The position numbers and the translations under genes are program-made. Below are positions 54,658 through 64,000 of a DNA stretch of 64,000 bases, piece after piece. The DNA is from Dudresnaya verticillata (Eukaryota): positions 2,294,001-2,358,000 of the forward strand of contig OZ374563.1 in the NCBI GenBank assembly GCA_977862235.1, in the 5' to 3' direction. Numbering within the stretch: position 1 is the stretch's first letter; the number at the start of each line of letters is the position of its first letter. The notes under the pieces are model-generated. The model was not told where the DNA came from and did not search any database. It worked only from the letters and a program-made list of their open reading frames with translations.

Positions 54658-56748
54658 ATGTCGCCGGACTTATCCGAAGCGGCGTACGAGCCCGTCGCCA
54701 CGCTGCCGGACCGGAAAGAGGCCGAGGCCGACCCTGTCCCTCCGCTGGCGCAGAATGCCGTTTCCGCTGCGCGTATCTACTTGCTCTGCGTGGCTAACTT
54801 TGGCATCAGCGGCGCTTGGGCTCTGTAAGTTGTGCCGTGCCATGCGCTGTGCGCTTGGGTCCTATCCGTGACAAGGAAGAAAACTTACCATTCGAGTTGT
54901 ATTGCGCGCTGCGTTTGCTGCATGCTCTTTCGTCGACATAGAGAGGTAAGGTAGACCAAACAGTTTTTGCGTACCACACACATCCATCAAGCCGGCGAAG
55001 AGGCAGACGCTAACATCGGAAGCGCAGTTTGCGATAACAACTCCGTTCTTCGAGAAAGCGCTCAACAGCGGTGCCGTCATTTCACACGCTGTCTGGATAG
55101 TTGGGCCGCTGTCCGGCTTGATAGTTGCACCCTTGGTGGGGTCCATGAGCGACCGCTGCACTTCGCGGTATGGCCGTCGCCGCCCCTTCATCTTTGCGGG
55201 TATCATAGCTACCATCGTTGGAATGCTGGCCTTCTCCAACGCCGTTCGCATCTCGCTCGTGTTTTTCAACTCAGGCACTCCGGCGCAGCACTATGCAGCC
55301 ATCGTTGTAGCTGTTCTCGCGTTCTGCGTTCTGGATCTTGCCATCAATACTACCATGTGGCCAAGTGCGTTGTCCTTATCGTGATATTTCTGGCAGTCTC
55401 AGCGTCGTTCACTCCTCGCAATAGGTTTCTTTCACGTTCCTCTGACATTGTTTGCTTCACTGGCCAACTTTGCCCAACTTTCCGCCGCTGTCCACACCCG
55501 CAGTTCGTGCGCTGCAGGGTGACCTCGTCCCACATTTCCAGCAACACCAATTGCAGAGTGTATCTCTCGTTCTGGGCTCGTTAGGTGACCTGTGCGTCAA
55601 CTACCTTATCCATACATTTGACGAACCAGTCTCTCACATTACGTTCCTTTTCTTCTGGGCTGTGATCTTCTACACGGCTACAGTCACTGTACTTTTGATC
55701 ATCGGACGCGAAACACCGGCCCGGCCAGACGATCCTGCCATACGCACCGCTGAAGGCGCCTCCGTCGGGCTCGTAGCCTATTTACGGGGCCTACCAACAT
55801 GGATGTGGCGCGTGGGCGGGACATATGCCCTTGGCTTCTTCGCCTTGTTCTGCGTCATGCCGAATGTGTCGAGCTGGATTGGTTCGTCCGTCTTGAACGG
55901 TAAGCTTCTCGTTTTCATCACCATCCGCTCCAGTTACGGGTCTTACGATGGCAACGCAGTGCAGAGAAGCTGACTATCGAGTATCCTCGTCACGACTGAC
56001 TCCAAACTCCTCGGTCACCGATTCCAATGTTAACAGGAAGTCCAAATGCTCCTGCTGGTTCCGAGGAAGCGATGCTGTATGAACATGGAGTGAAACTCTA
56101 TGGCCAGGCAGGCCTGCCACGAGCTTTTCTCTCCATGATCATATCAGCCATTTATCCCTTTTTGCTCCGGTTCATCTCTCCTGGCCAAGTCGTTGGCTCC
56201 TGCTTCGTTTTGTTCTCAACTCTGTTGTTGATATTCAGCAATACCAGCTCTTCTCTTTGGGCTCAGATTATCGTAATACTTATGGCCTTTCCCATGGCGT
56301 CGCTGTTCACTGTCCCTGTAGGCGTGACAGTCGAAAACTCTGACGAATCAAACCGTGGGCGATACTTGGGCGCGCTCAACTGTTTTGCAGTCATTCCGCA
56401 GCTGATTGACACATTGTATGTTAACCTCGCGGTTAAGATTTTGCTCGAGCACGTGACAAAAACGCAGCAACTGACTGTATTCTCTTGATTCCGATGGCTT
56501 GCAGGTACACTGGATACGTTAGCCGGGCGTTTGGAGAAGCGACGGTAATGCGAATTGGTGCCATATGGGGCATCATAACGGCCGTCAGCGGCATATTGTT
56601 CATGGACGTGTCAAAAAGTGACGAACGATCTGCAATCGCTTCGGAACCAAACGTTTCTGACTCTCCCAATGCAGCTTCTGAACATCCCAGAGATGTGAGC
56701 AGTGCCACCGAAGAGGTCACCTTCAAGTCTTCTACGGAAGCGGTGTGA
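54658..56748 (+). CDS. SUT/SLC45-family (GPH, MFS) sugar transporter, 508 aa, 6 exons
   Basis: Exons 54658-54824, 54942-54945, 55028-55364, 55504-55899, 56037-56415 and 56505-56748, all GT-AG and in phase. Motifs GPLSGLIVAPLVGSMSDRCTSRYGRRRPFI, PIRALQGDL, GRYLGALNCFAVIPQL. Confidence 0.9.
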
Positions 56749-56865
56749 AGGCGCGCATGACAGCTGTTCTGTTTTCGGCCAGCACAGTCCGATAGCTTGG
56801 CTGAATGCGATGGCTTGTGATACATCGCTCTGCGACGAGAAAGCGTTCTGTTCTAGCGCTCGGCG

Positions 56866-57864
56866 TCAAGAAGTACGCCTAGCTTCTACAACATACAATG
56901 GGTCGCCGGTGCACTGCCCATTGCGGTTTCTTGGAGAGATATCGGCAACAGTCGGTGCGGAGAAGCCACCGGCGTAGTGAATGTAGGAGCCGACGGCATA
57001 AATATGATCGGAATCGCTGCCAGACATCCACACAGCAACTGCCTTAGACGCAAAAACACGATTGCTGAAGCTCAACGCTAAATTCCCTCCGACTCGTAGG
57101 ACCCGGCGCATCTCCTGCACAACCTCCTTCGGCTTTGTCAAGTAGTCGATGCTGAGATTACACATTACAAGGTCAAACATCCCATCCGCGTACGGCAAGC
57201 GTGGCTCTTGGTTCAAGTCCCTCACCACTGATTTCGTCAGGGCCGGATTGTTTGCCATTTCCTCCTGGTTCATGCCCACGCCTGCCACTACACTTCGCTC
57301 GGGCCATGAGACCGGTAGATAGGCTTCAAGGGAAGAGCATATGTCAAGCACGTCTCGCTTGCCCTTCAGCCGTGAGGCATAGTATCTCTTGAGAGCTATG
57401 ACGGCGTCGTTGTCGATGTGTCGTACGAGCCGCGGCGCGGCGTAGAACACCGAATCAGGCCGCTCATCATACCGCGCGAAGTCAGCCGCCACGTAGGGCC
57501 AAGTTTCTGGCCATGCCGGCCTGGCTAGAACTTTTGCTGCCTCTCCCTCGCGAAGGCCTACTTGGAGGGCCTTGGAAGGAAGCGGTGGAGCGATCGAGGA
57601 GGCAACGGTTAACGCCGCCAAGCGAAGCGCGCTTCGCCGGGATAGCGCAGCTTTGGACGACTGCGTCGCAGAGCAAAGTGGAGTCTTTCTTCCAGAAGCA
57701 GCCCCGAGTGGTGGGCCATGGGTGGAATCTTCGGAGGCCGCGCGGGGAGGCGTGAAGGTGGTCGAGAAGCACGGGCAAGAAGGGCTGGTCATCGTGAGCT
57801 GGAAAGGTTCGAGGAGATTGGGGGACGCGATGATGGAAAGATGGGATTGGGAAGTCGAGGACAT
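56866..57864 (-). CDS. SAM-dependent methyltransferase (type 11-like), probably plastid-targeted
   Basis: FARYDERPDSVFYAAPRLVRHID, VLDICSS, DLNQEPRLPY, SIDYLTKP, FSNRVF. Ser/Thr-rich N-terminus. The start may be a downstream ATG. Confidence 0.88.
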   Translation of the reverse strand: MSSTSQSHLSIIASPNLLEPFQLTMTSPSCPCFSTTFTPPRAASEDSTHGPPLGAASGRKTPLCSATQSSKAALSRRSALRLAALTVASSIAPPLPSKALQVGLREGEAAKVLARPAWPETWPYVAADFARYDERPDSVFYAAPRLVRHIDNDAVIALKRYYASRLKGKRDVLDICSSLEAYLPVSWPERSVVAGVGMNQEEMANNPALTKSVVRDLNQEPRLPYADGMFDLVMCNLSIDYLTKPKEVVQEMRRVLRVGGNLALSFSNRVFASKAVAVWMSGSDSDHIYAVGSYIHYAGGFSAPTVADISPRNRNGQCTGDPLYVVEARRTS

Positions 57865-58561
57865 CGAGAAATCAGGCAGTAGAAAAATGAATATTTCTGC
57901 TCAGCCTGAACCATTGTTGGGCTCGGACTTTGACAATGTGCTGTTGTGCTCAGGAGGCAGGCACACTCGCTACTCTTCGAGCCCAACAACCGTACCCCGA
58001 CGGATCAGAACGAAAGAGGTCGATTTGGCAAGGGCGTATGCAGAGCCTGTGCAAGCTTCCACCGCTGCGAACATCTCTGCCTTCGTACAGACACGCGGTC
58101 TCCCACTGCTAGTGGGATTGGACCAGGCAAGATGCCGCCAAGCTTGCTGCACAATGGCGCTGAAGGCTTCAAGATTGGACCACTTTCGCATTCGAAATCG
58201 CCGCCAGGGGAGCTAAGAAGAGCAAGGCTTCTACGAGAATACCAACTAAGCTTTACGCATGTTAGAGTGATGAGAATCTCTGGAGACGACCTCGCGATGG
58301 AGCACCCCATGGGCGCATAGCCCATCAGCAGAGCAGCAGGCGTCGACGACGTTGTGAAACACCTCACCGCGACAATGCTCCGCGGTGTAGCGAGTCTCGG
58401 GGTATTGATCCGCGTTACTCAGGGTTAGGTGCTGCGCCAGAGGAGGTTCTGGTTCCTGTGCAGGTGTGCCCAAGGAAGTGTACGGCTAGCTTGACAGGTC
58501 ACAGTCCAGAAGAGGGCCGACATGCAAGGCCGCACTGGGTCCGAGAGAAGGCTTCAGTCTG

Positions 58562-59133
58562 CTACGGCGGGCTATTCTTCAGGAGTGCAGCGAGTGGGAA
58601 CGCGCGTTTTCGAAGACATTCGCAAGTGGGAGCATCGAATGTAGCCACGGTGTTCGCTTGCACTACCCGTCCGCAGGAACGCGGTGGCAACAAAGAGTGC
58701 CCTGGAGTACCCTTTAGGATACGCTTCGTACCGTGCTGGCTTGCTACGCGTCTCAAGCCTGTCGCCCGGCCAACCAACGCATCCTGCCACGCTACCATGA
58801 AGGAGACTTGCTGTGCACGGGCTGCATCGCCATGTCGCAGCCAATCGATGAGACTTGCAACTCCGTTGCACATGCTGGGTAGGATTGATTGTGGGGTTGC
58901 GCTTCGCATCATGTGGTCTGCGAGTTTTCCGTTCGAGGACACCTTCAAGTATACAAGAAGAGGACGCTTCCGACCGCACGTGCGTGGTTCGACAATTCCT
59001 TGTGGAGCGCATGGAGTATTGAAACCCTCTTCTGAGTGCCTGGAGAAGTCGCGCAAATTTCGATGGCCGCTATACGCGTCAATGTCTTCTTGAACAAGGA
59101 TCTGTTCCTTCTGATGCCGCTGACACTCGCCAC
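58562..59133 (-). pseudogene. Possible decayed protein-kinase relic
   Basis: LLVY...NGKLADH, GVASLIDWLRHGD and KGTPGH occur in kinase-like order, but the catalytic motifs are corrupted. Confidence 0.3.
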
Positions 59134-59846
59134 ATTCTCATCGCGGAAGTGGACAGCAACAGACGCACGGCGACTTGCGTTGGGCAGGACGCGACTTTTA
59201 CCTACCGGTTTCTTAAAAAAGAAAAAAAACGGAGCTGCCTGGCTGGCTGGCGACGCTTACAGACGCAGCAGGTTCGTTGAAATGGAATTCGTTGCATCAT
59301 GCCAGACGACGAATCGTTTTCGCGTGGGAGGTGCGTAGTGAACCGTTCAGTCGTCAACCCGCAAATGAGGTGGCCCTTGTCCATCCTACCAAGACAGCCC
59401 CGCTCGCCTGCCCTCGCGACAACTCCGTCAGCATGATCGGGGTGTGCCTGAGCACTGGGAGGCAAATTTACAAGCACGCCCGCCACGAGCGTTGTTGTGC
59501 GTGAATCGGAGCACAACGCAAGAGCTCCACCGAGCTCCTGTATCCGTTTCAACCAGCAGCAGCAGGATGCAAACGCTTTGAACGGAGCAGTTTCTACTTG
59601 CAGCAATGGCGTCGTCAGCAACAAGAGCCACTGATTTGTCTGCCCGAGCGGCGTTGCTGTTGGCTTGGGTTGGAGCCAAGCGATTGATCTCGAGCTTAGA
59701 TCTGTCACTTGGATTATCCGTTGCCTCACGCGAAATATGATATATGCAGAGCCGACGGACGAAGTGCAACCGCCTCATCATCCTCGCAACCGCAGAAGCA
59801 TACGACTTCGCGCTTCGCAGCAGTCTCAATGCGCATCCCAAGCACT

Positions 59847-60548
59847 ATGCAGTCGTCATCATTACTCACCTTCCTCACCCTCTCGACCTTTCTCGCTGTT
59901 CTAACTTCATGCGAGGGCGCCTGTTCCGACCCACCGCCCGTCAGCGCATCCTTCTGTCGTAATCCGCCGGTGGCGCAGCAGCTCTCACTTTCCGCGTATC
60001 AAGGCAAATGGTTCCAGATCTACACATCTGGAGGCGCGAGTGGGCTTAGCAGCGATCGTTGCGTCACAGGGAACTACACGCTGACGCCCAAAGGAAGGCT
60101 TAAAGTACTCAACTGTCAGCAACCAGAGAGTGCTGAAAGACCACGATGCCAACAGGGAAGGGCTAGACAAGTGAAGGACAAGTCCGCCGCTGAGCTGAAG
60201 ATTAGGCTGCTGCCACGGGGTCCTCGACGGATACCATACAATATCGCAGCGCTTCTGGGTGATGACAGCTATGGGTACTTCGCAGCGGCAATCTACTCAT
60301 GCGTTGTTTCCAAGGAAGGCCCCAAGGAGAGTATTTTCATCTTGTCTCGTACGCCTTTCATGCCGAAAACGACTTTGGATCTGTTGGCTGAACGGCTCAA
60401 GTGTATGGGATATCCACTCACGGACCGCTTCAAGTTGACCACGTTTGCCTCGGACTGTTCGTTCTTCGACTCTGGGAATGGATTCGATGTTGTGCCAGCC
60501 ATGGCACCCACGAGGAGGATGCTGAATGATAGGCAAGGGCGTGACTAG
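59847..60548 (+). CDS. Secreted lipocalin-like protein
   Basis: Hydrophobic signal peptide, YQGKWFQIY (GxW motif), IFILSRTP, several Cys. Confidence 0.8.
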   Translation: MQSSSLLTFLTLSTFLAVLTSCEGACSDPPPVSASFCRNPPVAQQLSLSAYQGKWFQIYTSGGASGLSSDRCVTGNYTLTPKGRLKVLNCQQPESAERPRCQQGRARQVKDKSAAELKIRLLPRGPRRIPYNIAALLGDDSYGYFAAAIYSCVVSKEGPKESIFILSRTPFMPKTTLDLLAERLKCMGYPLTDRFKLTTFASDCSFFDSGNGFDVVPAMAPTRRMLNDRQGRD

Positions 60549-63500
60549 AGAGTCCGACATTTCAATCACGACGGAAATCCGCCGCCGCAGCGATGCGTGG
60601 AGCTACCGCGAGTGTCTGTTACGGGCTGCGTGTAGCTCGGGTGCAGAACTATGTGGTTCAGTTGAGCATCCTGCCAAACACAGTTTTTTAACTGGCTTTC
60701 GGGTTGTGGCAAGAAGTCAATGAACGACTATGCGGTACTGGTTGAACACGTACATGGGATTAAGATGAGGATAAACAAGGGTGTAGAGTAGTTGGAGTTG
60801 GCAGGCGTATTAAGTGGGTGAAGGTTTGTATTTGTCTGTAAACTTCGGGAACGCAAATCGCAAGGCAGCTGTCGCGAAGGCGGTTGCGCCGCGACGTTCT
60901 GCGAACTAGGTTTACGGATGAGTCCAGGCGAGTCGCGACCGCAGTGCATGGCACAGAGAGGCCCAGGAGTAATGCTATTCGGAGAAGACGGAAGTGTGGT
61001 TACAACGATCGAAGTCAGCACATGGTTCCCACTCTTCGACGGTATTTATCCCAGGAAGAGGGGCTTTAATCCTAGGGCATGTAAAGAGAAGAATGCAAGC
61101 GACCTACTTAGCTAATCTAAGTAGACAAAGAGGGACTGCTAAGCGTAACAGACAATTGTCGTATATATCCTACAGCTGGCGTATTTGAGGCACATTCCAA
61201 ATGTGTACGGTCCAGCGCGCACTGGAGACAACATCGCCCGAGGCACACAACAGGGCCCCTTTCCCAGCGCTCCGAGGCACCGGCGCCGGGCTGCTGTGCA
61301 TGCTGCGGCATGAGTCTTGTTGCAAACATCTTGCACAGAGATCTGTTGGACCGGGCGGTGAAACGGTCCTTGCCTGTACAGTATTTTCTTGCGACTGCAC
61401 TTCCGTCATTGACAGTAACGTCGACTGACGCAACTACATTGGGTAATGCCAAACGCTGCACCCACCCAAACGTGTGATGTTAGTCTTCATAAACATCCCC
61501 TTCCAGTAACTCCACACGCGGCTCCACTTCATTTGCAGGTTCTATGGGTTGGCAGCTATGTTTGTAGTGCATTTTACTCTCGGTACCATTCCCCATTCTG
61601 GTTTATGTCTCCTTGCAGTCAGACATTTTCTTCATTATGAATGCTCAAAGAACTCTCGACACTCTTCACGCTTGTCACAACTCGTCCGACTCACTACAGC
61701 TCTTCGAGACTGCGAGCATTGATAGGATCTGAACAGGTCCGGTTTGCCTCCTCGTCTTCATTGTCACCAGCATCATTTCTTTCGCAGACCCGTCCGAATC
61801 TCTTTCGCTTCGAGGATCTTCCAGCTTCGAATCTACTGTGCTACTTCTTCTCAAAGTCCGGCACGTTTGTCGACGGAAAAAAGTACTTGATTGGGATTCG
61901 ATCCTGACACAATATACTTCGTTAAAGGAGTCTTTCACTCAATAACGGCACTGAACTAGTCGGAAAGCCGAAAACTCCATTGACAGCCTCCCACCTGCTC
62001 CGATAAAGGCCCCCTATCTCTTGTATCTCTTGACAGATAAAGGTCCCCACCTCTTTGGGAGACCCCTTCCGATGCAAGCAAGACTGCTTGCTACTTTCTC
62101 TCCGAAGGTTTGTCTCCCGTCCGAAGGCCTTCTCAGTAATTTCAGGTCTGGATGTTTAGACCTTGTACCACCATCATGATGACACGTTTCCATCATCACG
62201 CGGTTGGATGCAAGCCGGCTTGCTTGGTAATGGCAGAACCGGTAGTTGCAACTTTGATATGACAAATTGCAATACCTTCTTTCGCCGTCGCTTGGGAGTG
62301 CGTTCAAGCATACGCAGAGCATCTCCTGTCGTACCACGGCGAATGTGAGCCGAACAGACTAGAGTTAGGCAAAAGTTCCATTGCGTGCTGATGAAGAAAA
62401 CAGATCTTCCGTCCTGTTGTGTTTGGCTTTCTGAAATTGCGTATTGTACCATCGGAAACCATTCGCACTTCACATCATCAAGCTTCGGCAGGCAGACATG
62501 AAACTTTGATCTTCTCGTCTTTTGGGAAACTGTTCACTGCGCACCGTTCGGTGTTTCGTTGTTTTCGTTTCCGTTGCCGATGCCACATCAAGTTACGCTT
62601 GCATTCTGCAGTACTTTCAAGGTCTCCAACACACAAGTCCTGGTCAATTTCGGTACGTTTGGCAGGCCTAGACTTCGTCTTGATGAGTTGCAATGTCGGC
62701 TTTCGATGTGTTTCGAGCAAGGAAACTGTCTACCAAGTGGAGCCCCTGCTGCAATTGGATTGCCCTCAACCCGGCCCTAAGAAACAATGTACAGTAGCTC
62801 AAACTTGCTGCGGTGTCGCGCTGGCTGAAATCCCAGTTCCACCTCTTTAGCGCTCGGCAAGATCTTGCGCTGACATGACCAGTGCTTCATAACAGGCCTT
62901 TCGGGTTTCACCCCGAAAAAATGCTTTCGATGCTCTTTTCCTGTTCCAGACTTCCGTTTTGCAATTCGACGGTAACATGAAGCGAGCCCGTCTATTAGTA
63001 AGTACCTTTAGAATTGGCATTAGGGCGATCTCAATGTATTGATAAGAATCAAACATCTCCAGTTACGTCCTCATCATCCTTGCAGTCATTATACCATTTC
63101 GACTCCACAGTTTCCATATCTAGGCGAGGGTCGTGGCTTACATGACATTGAAGTGATGCTGAAGCCGAATGAACTGTATCGTGTGGTCCACCTGAGACCT
63201 GCTTTCTGGTGTACATGAACTGGCTTGTCGACTTATCCCCGCAGTTTCAATTGTCTGTATGGAACAGGACTTCTTGATCGAGGATTCATCTCGCTCCCAC
63301 GCGTTTCACCTGCGTTGATTGGTCTGTATTCCTGGTAGTCGAAGTATTCCCCTTTGTCTACTGCGAATTGCATACTCCGGAGGGCTTGTCCGCAGAGCAA
63401 TGACACTTTTCAAATGCTGAGCCTTTCAAGGGTCCTCCATGAGCAGATAAGTAGACATTCTAACAACCACCAGAACAGAATTCATTTGACAATGACGGCC

Positions 63501-64000
63501 GCTGCGGCTCTGTCGTCCATTTCATTTCTGAATGCCTCCCCAAGCTCCATAACCGTATTGCTTGCTTGCTTGACATCTCTTGGGCGTTTCCAACTAGTGG
63601 AGTCATGCATGGGACCCAGGCAAAAAAAGCGGTCCGAACCTTTGACAGCAAAACCTTTCGTAAATCTTGAGTAGTATTCTAGCAGTGTTCTTCCTCCAGG
63701 TTTTGGGTGAGCGTTTTGAATGCATCTCTTCCTGTAGTGAGCCAAGCTTTGTCCTCAATACATTTCTCTTATAATCATTGTCATGCAGACTCAGCTTAAA
63801 GCCGATCGAGGTCTTCTATCTGTCCATCAGAGGCCACTTGCATCAATCTATGTTGCCCGTCTTGCGATACCCTTGTAAGTTGAAGCTTGATGTTTTCTAC
63901 CCCCTGTCTCGCTGGGCGCAATCGGATGGTGCGGAGCTAGTGTTTGGTGTGTTGCAGATGTGCGGACAACAGGCATACACCTGCCCGGGTGTGATCATCG

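Larger units (their letters stand above)
41131..56020 (+). repeat. Segmental-duplication unit 2, closest to the ancestral ~15-kb unit
   Basis: Collinear with unit 1 and runs into the intact transporter gene. Confidence 0.9.

Noticed and set aside
60700..64000. Possible decayed gene or transposon on the minus strand
   Set aside because: Only short interrupted frames, with no motif I can identify.

Overview
Eukaryotic, TE-rich nuclear DNA. A red alga is the likely source, inferred from compact genes with short CTRAC-branch introns, a plastid-type transit peptide and the TE repertoire; this is not proven. The backbone is a tandem segmental duplication of an ~15-kb ancestral unit: ADA2-like gene, LINE relic and MITE, repeat-containing gene, 190-aa hypothetical gene, and the 5' part of a SUT/SLC45 sugar transporter. 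Two full units and the tail of a third are visible. The array ends in the intact 6-exon transporter (54658-56748), followed by a methyltransferase and a lipocalin. Each unit carries its own insertions, so empty and filled sites can be compared directly: nested LTR elements (1-5839), an intact two-ORF CRE-type non-LTR element, a truncated second CRE, solo LTRs, a DIRS/PAT-type tyrosine-recombinase retroelement with a young chromovirus inside it, and a tRNA-derived SINE. Most notable are (i) 16 CGYC-NNN-GRCG palindromes at ~25-bp spacing directly upstream of an unrecognised >530-aa Trp-rich ORF inside an LTR element, (ii) a SINE sharing a structured 3' tail with several LINE fragments in the window, (iii) atypical termini and dual coding in the YR element, (iv) mosaic divergence of the two ADA2 copies, and (v) a 4-nt micro-exon. 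All alignments and coordinates were read by eye.
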